64,000 nucleotides of DNA from Macrostomum hystrix (GCA_950097015.1 CATNEN010000035.1:1302001-1366000); one strand, 5' to 3'; positions 1-13,069 are shown, counted from the first letter of the stretch. Notes: generated by a model from the letters alone, not told the origin. Program-made: numbers and translations.

Positions 1-407
1 TCTGTGCTTTCGTATCGGCTACTGAAAATTTATAAGAGCCATTGTAAGCTGTCAGCCAAAAAGTTAATTCTGTTCAATACAATTTAGGGTTTTATCGTAA
101 AAAATTACTGAATTTTTAACAAAAAACTTGACGCTATCTAGCTATTTTCTGTAAGTTTAAACTTTTCTTTAATTCACTGCTGGTTGTCCAATTCCGTACT
201 GTGTATTGTGTCTAACCCACTTGTCCTGCCGAGAATTCCTTATATACTCAAGCCGACATTCTAGTTGTCCCATGTGGCTAGACGGGGCTAGTCCTAGTCG
301 CGATCAATTAAGTTTGATTAAAACAGAACTTTTTCTAGTTCTACATCTATTGACTTTTTTCTGATGCCAAACATTTTTGTCTCTCTTACTTTGCAGCCAT
401 ACTCGAA

Positions 408-2163
408 AACTCTACTCAGTTCTCGGGTAGAGTGGCCAAAGTCTACTCAGTTCTCGGGAAGAGTGACCATAGTCTACTCAGTTCTCGGGAAGAGTGACCA
501 AAGTCTACTCAGTTCTCAGGAAGAGTGACCAAAGTCTACTCAGTTCTCGGGTAGAGTGACCAAAGTCTACTCAGTTCTCGGGAAGAGTGACCAAAGTCTA
601 CTCAGTTCTCGGGTAGAGTGACTAAAGTCTACTCAGTTCTCGGGAAGAGTGACCAAAGTCTACTCAGTTCTCGGGAAGAGTGACCAAAGTCTACTCGGTT
701 CTCAGGAAGAGTGACCAAAGTCTACTCAGTTCTCGGGTAGAGTGACCAAACTCTACTCAGTTCTCGGGAAGAGTGACCAAACTCTACTCAGTTCTCAGGA
801 AGAGTGACCAAAGTCTACTCAGTTCTCGAGTTGAGAGACCAAAGTCTACTCAGTTCTCAGGAAGAGTGACCAAAGTCTACTCAGTTCTCGGGTAGAGTGA
901 CCAAAGTCTACTCAGTTCTCGGGAAGAGTGACCAAAGTCTACTCAGTTCTCGGGTAGAGTGACCAAAGTCTACTCAGTTCTCGGGAAGAGTGACCAAAGT
1001 CTACTCAGTTCTCTGGAAGAGTGACCAAAGTCTACTCAGTTCTCGGGAAGAGTGACCAAAGTCTACTCAGTTCTCGGGAAGAGTGACCAAAGTCTACTCG
1101 GTTCTCAGGAAGAGTGACCAAAGTCTACTCAGTTCTCGGGTAGAGTGACCAAAGTCTACTCAGTTCTCGGGTAGAGTGACCAAACTCTACTCAGTTCTCG
1201 GGAAGAGTGACCAAAGTCTACTCAGTTCTCTGGAAGAGTGACCAAAGTCTACTCAGTTCTCAGGAAGAGTGACCAAAGTCTACTCAGTTCTCGGGTAGAG
1301 TGACCAAAGTCTACTCAGTTCTCGAGTTGAGAGACCAAAGTCTACTCAGTTCTCAGGAAGAGTGACCAAAGTCTACTCAGTTCTCGGGTAGAGTGACCAA
1401 ACTCTACTCAGTTCTCAGGAAGAGTGACCAAAGTCTACTCAGTTCTCGAGTTGAGAGACCAAAGTCTACTCAGTTCTCAGGAAGAGTGACCAAAGTCTAC
1501 TCAGTTCTCGGGTAGAGTGACCAAAGTCTACTCAGTTCTCAGGAAGAGTGACCAAAGTCTACTCAGTTCTCGAGTTGAGAGACCAAAGTCTACTCAGTTC
1601 TCTGGAAGAGTGACCAAAGTCTACTCAGTTCTCTGGAAGAGTGACCAAAGTCTACTCAGTTCTCTGGAAGAGTGACCAAAGTCTACTCAGTTCTCAGGAA
1701 GAGTGACCAAAGTCTACTCAGTTCTCTGGAAGAGTGACCAAAGTCTACTCAGTTCTCAGGTAGAGTGATCAAAGTCTACTCAGTTCTCGGGAAGAGTGAC
1801 CAAAGTCTACTCAGTTCTCGGGGAGAGTGACCAAAGTCTACTCAGTTCTCTGGAAGAGTGACCAAAGTCTACTCAGTTCTCTGGAAGAGTGACCAAAGTC
1901 TACTCAGTTCTCGGGTAGAGTGACCAAAGTCTACTCAGTTCTCGGGAAGAGTGACCAAAGTCTACTCAGTTCTCGGGGAGAGTGACCAAAGTCTACTCAG
2001 TTCTCGGGTAGAGTGACCAAAGTCTACTCAGTTCTCGGGGAGAGTGACCAAAGTCTACTCAGTTCTCGGGGAGAGTGACGAAAGTCTACTCAGTTCTCGG
2101 GTAGAGTGACCAAAGTCTACTCAGTTCTCGGGGAGAGTGACCAAACTCTACTCAGTTCTCACT
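408..2163. repeat. Minisatellite, 31-bp unit AAAGTCTACTCAGTTCTCGGGAAGAGTGACC, ~56 copies
   Basis: Direct 31-nt periodicity upstream of Rab3. Confidence 0.95.
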
Positions 2164-2362
2164 CTAATGTTTCAGTCAAACTATTATTGTCTTATGTATG
2201 CTTACAGTTTTCATACTAACTCTGCACAAGCTGGAAGTATAATTTATTGTAAATAATTTAAAATTAAATTTCCGAAATCTATTCCAGCTAGTTAACGACC
2301 AGCCACTCTAGAAATTCAACAATAATTTTGAACACATCAAATCAGTCAACAAAGCACACACA

Positions 2363-5300
2363 ATGGGTACTCGCGATGCAGCAGATCAGAATTTTGACTA
2401 CATGTTCAAGCTGCTAATTATTGGCAATTCGTCAGTTGGCAAAACTTCATTTCTATTTCGCTACGCCGACGACTCGTTCACGTCCGCTTTTGTGTCCACT
2501 GTTGGCATCGACTTCAAAGTGAAGACCGTCTTCAGGCAGGACAAGCGGGTCAAGCTGCAGATTTGGGTAAGCAGGTCTTCAGGGACTTGGTCAGCGGCCC
2601 TGAATCTACGAGTGCTTGAGTAATGGCCCTGAAGCTACTTGGTTAGCGGCCCTGAAGCTACGAGTACTTGAGTAATGGCCCTGAAGCTACTTGGTCAGCG
2701 GCCCTGAAGCTACGAGTACTTTGTTAATGGCCCTGAAGCTACTTGGTTAGCGGCCCTGAAGATACTTGGGTAGCGGCCCTAAAGCTACCTGGGTAGCGGC
2801 CCTGAAGCTACTTGGTTAGCGGCCCTGAAGATACTTGGGTAGCGGCCCTAAAGCTACCTGGGTAGCGGCCCTGAAGCTACTTGGTTAGCGGCCCTGAAGA
2901 TACTTGGGTAGCGGCCCTAAAGCTACCTGGGTAGCGGCCCTGAAGCTACTTGGTTAGCGGCCCTGAAGATACTTGGGTAGCGGCCCTAAAGCTACCTGGG
3001 TAGCGGCCCTGAAGATACTTGGGTAGCGGCCCTAAAGCTACCTGGGTAGCGGCCCTGAAGCTACGAGTACTTGAGTAATGGCCCTGAAGCTACTTGGTCA
3101 GCGGCCCTGAAGCTACGAGTACTTTGTTAATGGCCCTGAAGCTACTTGGTTAGCGGCCCTGAAGATACTTGGGTAGCGGCCCTAAAGCTACCTGGGTAGC
3201 GGCCCTGAAGATACTTGGGTAGCGGCCCTAAAGCTACCTGGGTAGCGGCCCTGAAGATACTTGGGTAGCGGCCCTAAAGCTACCTGGGTAGCGGCCCTGA
3301 AGCTACCTGGGTAGCGGCCCTGAAGCTACTTGGTTAGCGGCCCTGAAGATACTTGGGTAGCGGCCCTAAAGCTACCTGGGTAGCGGCCCTGAAGATACTT
3401 GGGTAGCGGCCCTAAAGCTACCTGGGTAGCGGCCCTGAAGATACTTGGTTAGCGGCCCTGAAGATACTTGGGTAGCGGCCCTAAAGCTACCTGGGTAGCG
3501 GCCCTGAAGCTACCTGGGTAGCGGCCCTGAAGCTACCTGGGTAGCGGCCCTGAAGTTACTTGGGTAGCGGCCCTGATGCTACCTGGGTAGAGGCCCTGAA
3601 GCTACTTGGGTAGCGGCCCTGATGCTACCTGGTTAGAGGCCCTGAAGCTACCTGGGTAGCGGCCCTGAAGCTACCTGGGTAGCGGCCCTGAAGTTACTTT
3701 TTTGCTTAGCTCAGCGAATTCCAGCCCGAACCGTCTCACAAAAGTGCACAGAATAAAATTTAAACGTGCGTCCTTTTTTGACTGGCCAGTTCCATGTGGC
3801 AATACAATGCGGGGGGTTGCGAGCGCTGTGCCAACTGCCAGATCACAGCTGTTGTGCACGGCACAATGAGCTGGGGCTGGCCAGAATTTGAGAAAGTGCT
3901 GTTTGAGGTTGGGAACAATTTCTTGGCTCTCCTTTCTGCCTAGCACACCCTCACTACTAGGTGTCAGATGTCCACACTGGGCTTTTGAATAGCCCAATTC
4001 GTGTATCAGCTAAATATAAGAGATTAGTAATTCTGCTAATATATATTATATATTTCTGCTAATGGTTTTAGTCATTTGGGACACAGAGATCAGGTTTATT
4101 AAGACTACTGATTGGAATTTCGTATTGTATGTACTTCTTCCGGATGCTTATTTCACACCTGTTCACCTGTTCTCTTCCCTGATATGATCAGTGTGGGTCA
4201 CACCTGTTCACCTGTTCTCTTCCCTGATGTGATCAGTGTGGGTCACACCTGTTTACCTGTTCTCTTTCCCTGGTGTGATCAGTGTGGGTCACACCTGTTC
4301 ACCTGTTCTCTTCCCTGATGTGATCAGTGTGGGTCACACCTGTTCACCTGTTCTCTTCCCTGATGTGATCAGTGTGGGTCACACCTGTTCACCTGTTCTC
4401 TTCCCTGATGTGATCAGTGTGGGTCACACCTGTTCACCTGTTCTCTTCCCTGATGTGATCAGTGTGGGTCACACCTGTTCACCTGTTCTCTTCCCTGATG
4501 TGATCAGTGTGGGTCACACCTGTTTACCTGTTCTCTTTCCCTGGTGTGATCAGTGTGGGTCACACCTGTTCACCTGTTCTCTTCCCTGATGTGATCAGTG
4601 TGGGTCACACCTGTTCACCTGTTCTCTTCCCTGATGTGATCAGTGTGGGTCACACCTGTTTACCTGTTCTCTTTCCCTGGTGTGATCAGTGTGGGTCACA
4701 CCTGTTCACCTGTTCTCTTCCCTGATGTGATCAGTGTGGGTCACACCTGTTCACCTGTTCTCTTCCCTGATGTGATCAGTGTGGGTCACACCTGTTCACC
4801 TGTTCTCTTCCCTGATGTGATCAGTGTGGGTCACACCTGTTCACCTGTTCTCTTCCCTGATGTGATCAGTGTGGGTCACACCTGTTCACCTGTTCTCTTC
4901 CCTGATGTGATCAGTGTGGGTCACACCTGTTCACCTGTTCTCTTCCCTGATGTGATCAGTGTGGGTCACACCTGTTTACCTGTTCTCTTTCCCTGGTGTG
5001 ATCAGTGTGGGTCACACCTGTTCACCTGTTCTCTTCCCTGATGTGATCAGTGTGGGTCACACCTGTTCACCTGTTGTCCTCCCCTGATTTTAATTATCTT
5101 AGCGTTATTTATGTTTTGCTAAAAATTGTCTTCAATTTGACTTTCCTTATAAAATGGATAGCTAAGATTAGCCTCAATTACTGCAAGCCTAAGGCTTAGC
5201 TAGTTAGTTAGTGTGGGTATGCTGGAGTAGCTAGTCTTAAATCCGAACACAAGCCATTGCTAATATGCAAATATACTCATACGCATATCAGTCAAGTTGG

Positions 5301-8300
5301 GCTAAGCTATAAAGTTTATGGAGCGAGAAATAGCTTTATGCCGGCCTATTCCTTCTTCTCCTCCTCAAAATCCCATCATATCCCGATTGCCGGATCGTGG
5401 ATCGTTTATCGCCTCGAGGGAGTTGCAAGCAGATCTTGCTCCTCAAATATACAGCAGCAGCAGCAGTGAAGGCTGCGTGTAAATGCATCCCATTTCTCCC
5501 CTTCTTTTTGCTAGCGTCAATACTCTAATAGTCTAATAGCGAATCCCACTAAAGTATGGTGCTTCCCACTCAATTTCCCCTGTCCTAGACTTCCCCTGTA
5601 TTGCTCCCTACGCAGCCAACTTTTATATTTAGCATTGTAAAATCCAATCTACTGATTGAGTATCTACAGAAAATATATGAAAAATGAAGAATTTGTTCTT
5701 CAACTGTTGGACTGCCTAGATCATTTGTTACTAGTCCTAGTGTCTCCTTTAGACCTGTAATTTGATACGGTATCGTGTGTCCCAATGAGACTTGAGATTG
5801 TACCACACACACTAGAGGGGCAAAATTCTTTGACACTTCTGCTTATCTCATAACCCGAAATCCTCTGCCCATTCTCTTCCGTCAGGCCTGCATCCCCTCT
5901 GTCTTTACATTTTCCCCCCTCCTCCACACTCCAATTTCTTCCTGACTCTCCGATCTGCCCTCTCCCCTCAAATCTGCCCTCTTCCCTCAAATCTGCCCTC
6001 TCCCCTCAAAACTGTCCCACTACCCTCAAAACTGTCCCTCTCCCCTCAAATCTGCCCTCTCCCCTCAAATCTGCCCTCTCTCTCTCCCCTGAAATCTGTC
6101 CCGATACCCTCAAAACTGTCCCACTACCCTCAAAACTGTCCCACTACCCTCAAAACTGTCCCACTACCCTCAAAACTGTCCCACTACCCTCAAAACTGTC
6201 CCACTACCCTCAAAACTGTCCCACTACCCTCAAAACTGTCCCACTACCCTCAAAACTGTCCCACTACCCTCAAATCTGTCCCACTACCCTCAAAACTGTC
6301 CCACTACCCTCAAAACTGTCCCACTACCCTCAAATCTGTCCCACTACCCTCAAAACTGTCCCACTACCCTCAAAACTGTCCCACTACCCTCAAAACTGTC
6401 CCACTACCCTCTCTATATAATCGCTCTCTCTATCCAGTCTCTTTCCATTGTATTCCCCCAATTCCCCCAATTTCCCCAAGTCCCCACATGCAGGCTCTAG
6501 AGTGTAGTTTTTTACCCGCCTAGAATCAGCAAGAAAATGCCGCCTCCTTGATCCGCAGGACACCGCGGGCCAGGAGCGATACCGCACCATCACCACCGCC
6601 TATTATCGCGGCGCAATGGGTTTCATCCTAATGTACGACGTCACTAACGAGGAGTCATTTAACGCTGTGCAAGATTGGTAAGCATTCTGGAATGCTTCAT
6701 TTTAATTATACTCAAAGACAAAGAAAAACTAGATCACTGCATCATTATTGTTTCGGCATTAGCAAAAATATTCAGCAATATAATATAACGTTATATTAAG
6801 CTATATAGACTGAAGAACCAAACATTTTTTTCGGCTACGCGAGCGCCAAGAAAATAACGAATATTTTCTACCCAAAGAAACTCCACATTGTAAAACTGAC
6901 ATTCCATTGCGTTTCCACGAAGTGCCGTTGCACTTTTAAGCAAAAATGAGATCGCCTAGCAGCTATTTGCTTTCCTGTTTCTATAAATAGCAACTATGCA
7001 ATAATACTTGTATATTCCAGTTATGACAAATAATCATTGATCTTATCTAGTAAATTATCAGGCTCTAATGCTATCATGAATTGTTGATTACTATCATTAT
7101 TACTTACTGTTGCTCTCAGGGTCACTGCCATTCAGACGCATTCTTGGTCCAACTCGCAAGTGGTCCTAGTTGGCAACAAGAGCGATTTGGAAGACGCTCG
7201 CGTAGTTTCCACCGAGCGGGCCGCCAGACTTGCCCGCGAATTGGGTTAGTTAGGGGCTTAGGGGGTAAGGCTTGCAGTCGAAAACATCATCATGTGACAT
7301 CAGCTGGCCTGACCTGAAGGCATTCTAGTGACGTCATAAGCAGTTCATAGTAGGCGTTGTCGCACTCTCGACTGGAAGGTCGGGGGTTCGATTCGCGACT
7401 TCACTAGAACAGCGGGTACTTGAAATTTCCCCGTGTTCTTTCTGCTGTTAAATTGATATCAGCATTAGCTGGGGTAATTGGGGGTGGGTGTGGCGTCCCA
7501 CCAGTCCATGGACTGAACATTCGTACACACATGTAGTCTTATTGGGGCAGGTGTAATCAGTTATTATTAGTAAAAAGTATGGTAGTTTGGCACCTAGACA
7601 TTTATACTGATTTAATTTGGGATTACCAATGAATTACGTCATCAAAATTTTATCGCATTTTTCGGGTAGGGCGTCGTTATTGAAACGTAGAAAATTTGTT
7701 AATTCTCAGTTAATTAAAGCAAGTAGAAGTGAACAAAAAGGAATCTAAATTGGCTACATTTCATTTTCTAATTCTGCTTTGACTTCTGATTTCTGATTTC
7801 CTAATTTCCTACCCTATAAATAATTTATAAATGACATGCGTATGAATTTTACATCGAAATGTTTTTTCCTATCGCTGCCTATATGACGCTGTCCTGTTTC
7901 ACTCTGCGATTCTTTGATATAAACAATCTAATTTTAATAATTGCACTTTAAATTAGACGATAAATGAATGGTTGCTGACATTGCTGCTTTTAATTGCTTT
8001 ATATGCATGCAGTGATTTTCTGTTTCAGATAGGGATTAAATTAAGATTATCTAGCTTGTCTAGATAAATGAACAGTTATTATCGGATAATTATCCCTTGT
8101 ACACAGGTGCACACAGATAAAGACTTACTCTTGGGACAATGCCCAAGTGATTCTAGTTGGCAACAAGTGCGACTTGGACGACGAGCGAGTAGTCAGCACC
8201 GAGAGGGGAAAACAGCTGTCCGACCAGCTTGGTAAACTCACCCGGCTCCCACAATTCCCGCCTATAGTAGTCAGGTCTTTCCATCTTCTTCCCTTCCACC

Positions 8301-10994
8301 TCCCCGTTTTTCCTTCCTCTTTCCCTGTGCTCTCTTCCTCTTCCCCTGTGTTCCCGTCCTCTCCGTTTTCCCTTTCTCTTTCCCTGTGTTCTCTTCCTCT
8401 CCCCTGAGTTCTCTTCCTCTTCCCCTGTGTTCTCTTCCTCTTCCCCTGTGTTCTCTTCCTCTTTCCCTGTGTTCTCTTCCTCTTTCCCTGTGTTCTCTTC
8501 CTCTTTCCCTGTCTTCTCTTCCTCTTCCCCTGTGTTCTCTTCCCCTCCCCTGTGTTCTATTCCTCTTTCCCTCTGTTCTCTTCCTCTCGCCCTGTGTTCT
8601 CTTCCTCTCGCCCTGTGTTCTCTTCCTCTCGCCCTGTGTTCTCTTATTTTTCTCCTCTCTATAATAAGTTGTAGTGAAAGCAAGCCATGAAGGGTCGCTT
8701 GCAGGTATTCCAGTAATTCCTCGGTTCATAATTTTCTATCACACAAATAGTGGTGTCAGTTGATGTTTTTTAATCCGCTTGATTATTTTAATTTACGTCG
8801 TCACATTGCCAAACCGCTAACTACGTTTTTATTATCGGTTTATGTATGATTAATTGTTAGCATATAAATTCTGGATTAAGATGTCACTTTCTCAGTGTTG
8901 TCCTCAATTTCAGGTCTAGTTCTTTTAAAATTCCGTATTCATTAAATGTATTTCATGTATAGGGATTTTTGTGGACTCTTCCTGACCCGCTTAACTAAGG
9001 TAAACTCAGCAACCTCTAGGAAAAAATAAATAAATATATTTTTCTCTCCCTATCTTTCCCTTCCTCTCCCCAATCCTTCTTCTCCTCTCCCCAATCCTTC
9101 TCCTCCTCTCCCCAATCCTTCTTCTCCTCTCCCCAATCCTTCTTCTCCTCTCCCCAATCCTTCTCGTCCTCTCCCCAGTCTTTCTTCTCCTCTCCCCAAT
9201 CCTTCTCGTCCTCTCCCCAGTCTTTCTTCTCCTCTCCCCAATCCTTCTCGTCCTCTCCCCAGTCTTTCTTCTCCTCTCCCCAATCCTTCTCCTCCTCTCC
9301 CCAATCCTTCTCCTCCTCTCCCCAATCCTTCTTCTCCTCTCCCCAATCCTTCTCCTCCTCTCCCCAATCCTTCTTCTCCTCTCCCCAATCCTTCTCCTCC
9401 TCTCCCCAATCCTTCTTCTCCTCTCCCCAATCCTTCTTCTCCTCTCCCCAATCCTTCTCGTCCTCTCCCCAGTCTTTCTCCTCCTCTCCCCAATCCTTCT
9501 CTTTCTCTCCCCTATCCGTCTCTTTCTCTCCCCAATCATTCTCTATCTGTCCCCAATCATTTCCTATCCCTCACTTTTATATTATTTATATTTTTTAGTG
9601 CAAAGAAGCATCGTAATCATTATTAAATTCTGATGGCTACCTTACCTGTTACATCGTACATAAAAATGTGCTTGATTTTACTATATCTTTAAACGTTCTG
9701 GCGCAAGCGATTCAGCTACCATTTAGTATAAGTAATATGATTAGTTCTGAGAAAAATCGATGGCAATGATTCTGATTTCCTAGAAAATACATTCCAGACT
9801 TTTCTGTCTATCCATTATAGTAGACCAAAGCGTTTCACATATGCCTAAACGTTGTCATGCTTACCCTTTCAAATGCACTTCTTAATATCGGCAATTTTTA
9901 TTTACCCAAATTTATGCCATTTTCATACTCGCTTATCAGACTACTTATAGTTAGTAGAATTAAGAATATTATTATACTTTCCTTCACATCCGCACCGTTC
10001 ACAGGCCTCGAGTTCTTTGAGACTTCCGCCAAGGAGAATATCAACGTCAAGGCCGTCTTCGAGCGCCTGGTAGACATCATCTGCGAGAAGATGTCTGAGT
10101 CGTTGGACAGCGACCCGAGCATGGCGCAAAATTCAGGTTTGACTTCTACTTCTGTGCTTTCTGTGTGCCGTGCTCTCATCATCTCCTCTCATCTCATCTC
10201 CTCTCATCTCATCTCCTCTCATCTCCTCTCCTCTCATCTCCTCTCCTCTCCTCTCCTCTCATCTCATCTCATCTCCTCTCCTCTCCTCTTCTCTCCTCTC
10301 ATCTCTTCTCCTCTCCTCTCCTCTTCTCTCCTCTCATCTCTTCTCCTCTCCTCTCATCTTCTCTTCTCTCCTCTTCTCTCCTCTCCTCTTCTCTTCTCTC
10401 CTCTCATCTCCTCTCCTCTTATCTCCTCTTATCTCCTCTTCTCTCCTCTCATCTCCTCTCCTCTCATCTCCTCTCATCTCCTTTCCTCTTATCTCCTCTC
10501 CTCTCATCTCCTCTCATCTCCTCTCATCTCCTCTCATCTCTCATCTCTTCTCCGCTCCGCTCCTCTCCTCTCCTCATCTCCTCTCATCTCTCATCTCTTC
10601 TCGGCTCCGCTCCTCTCCTCTCATCTCCTCTCATCTCCTCTCATCTCTTCTTATCTCCTCTCCTCTCATCTCCTCTCCTCTCATCTCCTCTCCTCTCATC
10701 TCCTCTCATCTCCTCTCATCTCTTCTTATCTCCTCTCCTCTCATCTCCTCTCCTCTCATCTCCTCTCCTCTCATCTCCTCTCCTCTCATCTCCTCTCATC
10801 TCCTCTCATCTCTTCTTATCTCCTCTCCTCTCATCTCCTCTCCTCTCATCTGCTCTCATCTACTATCCAATCCTCTGGTCTGTAATGCGTGGCACACAAC
10901 ATGCGAAAGTGACCCTGATTGTCACCAATTTTCGCGCGCAGGCAATCGTCTTGAAGGCTTCGAGCAGCAGTCCTCATCTGGTTGCAGCTGCTAA
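2363..10994 (+). CDS. RAB3: Ras-related protein Rab-3, 5 coding exons (2363-2566, 6559-6677, 8107-8231 [or alternative 7120-7244], 10005-10136, 10942-10994), 210 aa
   Basis: Exons join in phase through GT-AG introns. Translation gives [100 protein letters not shown] and a C-terminal GCSC* prenylation motif, all typical of Rab3. Confidence 0.95.
2585..3693. repeat. Minisatellite, 23-bp unit TAGCGGCCCTGAAGCTACTTGGG
   Basis: Direct periodicity, Rab3 intron 1. Confidence 0.95.
3700..3997 (-). mobile_element. Possible degenerate hAT transposase fragment
   Basis: VLGRK...LKQHF...HCAVH..DLAV, plus a frameshifted HCIA(H)..ELA..KDA-like segment (3767-3809), resemble the hAT CxxH region. Recognised by eye only. 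Confidence 0.3.
4152..5085. repeat. Minisatellite, 45-bp unit TCACACCTGTTCACCTGTTCTCTTCCCTGATGTGATCAGTGTGGG
   Basis: Direct periodicity with occasional 46-bp variants, Rab3 intron 1. Confidence 0.95.
5950..6410. repeat. Minisatellite, 20-bp unit CCACTACCCTCAAAACTGTC
   Basis: Direct periodicity. Confidence 0.95.
7120..7244 (+). CDS. RAB3: Alternative (mutually exclusive) exon 3a of Rab3
   Basis: Acceptor ctctcag, donor gttagt, same length (125 nt) and phases as exon 3b (8107-8231). Encodes (W)[42 protein letters not shown], which aligns without gaps to exon 3b. Confidence 0.85.
7345..7570 (+). mobile_element. Possible tRNA-headed SINE of a second family (Rab3 intron between exons 3a and 3b)
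   Basis: tRNA-like head with B box ggttcgattc (ggaaggtcgggggttcgattcgcga) and a short ttatta tail. Only one copy seen. Confidence 0.35.
8290..8650. repeat. Pyrimidine-rich 21-bp minisatellite TTCTCTTCCTCTTCCCCTGTG
   Basis: Direct periodicity, Rab3 intron. Confidence 0.9.
9045..9560. repeat. Pyrimidine-rich 21-bp minisatellite CCAATCCTTCTCCTCCTCTCC
   Basis: Direct periodicity. Confidence 0.9.
10170..10860. repeat. 5-bp-based satellite (TCCTC/TCATC)n
   Basis: Direct periodicity, last Rab3 intron. Confidence 0.9.
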
Positions 10995-12534
10995 GTCACC
11001 TGTGTCGGTCGGGCCTAATCAAACCTGCTCGCCTGTCTCTGTTCAACCCAATTTATCTGACCTGCCTGTGGCCGAGTCGAAATTCTGTTTTTTAGCTGCC
11101 CTCGTGTTTCGCTTGATAAGCAAGAAACTGCTTTTTGAAAGCGATAAATTATAATCGTAAACTCGTGAATTTAAAGCATATATTTAATTAGCATATTATG
11201 TAGCAGTAAAAGCACTGTGATATTGTTGTCGAATAAAGTTAGTTTTTCCCCTCTACTTTTCAAGAGAGCAAACTCATTGCTAATAGTTGATAGAGAGACA
11301 GAGAGAAAACTGCATCACACCTTCTATTTGATATTGTATCATTTTATTAGAACAATTGATAATTAATTTTAGTGTCCCAGTGTAGTTCAATTGTGTTTTG
11401 TGTTTCTGTCTCCGATTTGTTTAAACTGTGTTACATGGCTAAAATCACAAAATGATACCCTAATTAGGTCATTGTTTATTAGAAATGTGCTAATTCGGTG
11501 TTGTTGTCTCTGTTGCTGGTTTTCTAGGAAAATAAGCTAAACTATGTGTCATTTTTTTTCAATCTCCAGTCATTCTAGCCACTCATTCATCATTCTTAAT
11601 CGTTCAATACGCAGATAAAAAATAAAATGAACAAAAAAGACAAATGTCACTACTAAACTTGCTTGCAGTACGGTAGCGAGTGTTTTATGTGTTGCATTAT
11701 ATTCAAGTGTAAGTGTAATAAGTGTAATTTCTGAATCGCATAGTCTAATCACACACTTTTACTCTAAATATATTCCTTCTATTATATAGTTATTCCGATC
11801 AAAAATGCTTTAATCCCATTGTGCATAATAGTAAATCTCACTGCTGTTTATAGAATGCATTACTATGCTATTATACTGTTACTAAATACTTACATTGTTT
11901 ACTCATCTAATAATATCTTTCACGGGTAGCAAATTGCTTTTTTGTTGTTTTTATTATTACATTATTAATATTATTTAACTAATAGAAGTTTGGCTTCAGT
12001 AATCGTGTGTGTGCTTCTATTACTTTCAGTGTTAGTATATTGTAATCTATTGTTGTTTTAATTCAATGACATTAGCTGATACTGCAGTCCCTTGTTACAT
12101 TACGGCTTCATTGAAGTCATGACATGCGACCGTTACATAAGCTGAATGTATATTATTATTTCAATATAACTGGTTAAATATAATATACAATAAAACAAAG
12201 ACTGGAAGGCGCTTAAAACCGTTGAGTTATTATTGAGTCCAGCTATTTAATATAGCTCTTTGTTTCAATTGACTGCTTTGATTTGGTTTGAAGGATTACT
12301 AATACAGGTAAAGAACAGGAGGACTAATTCCCCAAGGAAATAGGAGTAAATTGTCTTCTTCATAGACAGGTTGTCAGTCCGTTGTTACCCTTTCTAGACA
12401 AAAGTTAAGAAGTAAGGTTTTAGCCTTCCTGAAGTCATTCTAGCCGCTCTTTCATCATTCTTAATCGTTTAATGCGCAGATTTAGTTTTTGTGATGATAA
12501 AAATGAAATGAATTTAGGGAGCAGTCATTACCCT

Positions 12535-13045
12535 TCAGTTCAGATGACAGTTGTCAGAGTTGCTTAAGTTCAGGGGACAGTTTTCAGCCTTCCTGAAGTT
12601 TAAAGGACCGGTTTTAGCCTTCCTGAAGTTCATGGGACAGTTCTCAGCTTTCCTAAAGTTCAGGGAACAGTTATCAGCCTTCCTAAAGTTCAGGGAACAG
12701 TTATCAGCCTTCCTAAAGTTTAGGGGACAGTTACCCGTATTCCTGAAGTTCAGGGGATAATTATCTGGCTTCCTGAAGTTCAGGGGACATTTAGCAGCCT
12801 TCCTAAAGTTCAAGGAACAGTTATAATCAGCCTTCCTAAAGTTCAGGGGACAGTTACCAGTATTCCTGAAGTTCAGGGGACAGTTGCCAGTATTCCTGAA
12901 GTTTAGGGGACAGTTACCAGTAATTCTGAAGTTCAGGGGATAATTATCAGGCTTCCTGAAGTTCAAGCGACAGTTACCAGTATTCCTGAAGTTCAGTGGA
13001 CAGTTATCAGCTTTTCTTGACGTTCAGGCCTTCCTGAAGTTCAGA
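12535..13045. repeat. 30-bp minisatellite (AGCCTTCCTGAAGTTCAGGGGACAGTTATC-like)
   Basis: Direct periodicity; ends just before the RING gene acceptor and ATG. Confidence 0.9.
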
Positions 13046-13069
13046 CTTGCCGGCAAATATTTCAGCATT

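Noticed and set aside
375-410. Strong acceptor ctcttactttgcag at 396 as a coding exon start
   Set aside because: Followed immediately by the 31-bp array with no ORF or donor; may be UTR-related but cannot be assigned.
5257-5990. Short ORFs in the unique stretch of Rab3 intron 1 (possible alternative first exon or nested gene)
   Set aside because: No recognisable motif, no convincing in-phase donor, and no supporting homology.
9857-11154. Long Ser/Leu/His ORFs overlapping Rab3 exons 4-5
   Set aside because: Read-through into a 5-bp intronic satellite. The spliced model gives the correct GCSC terminus.
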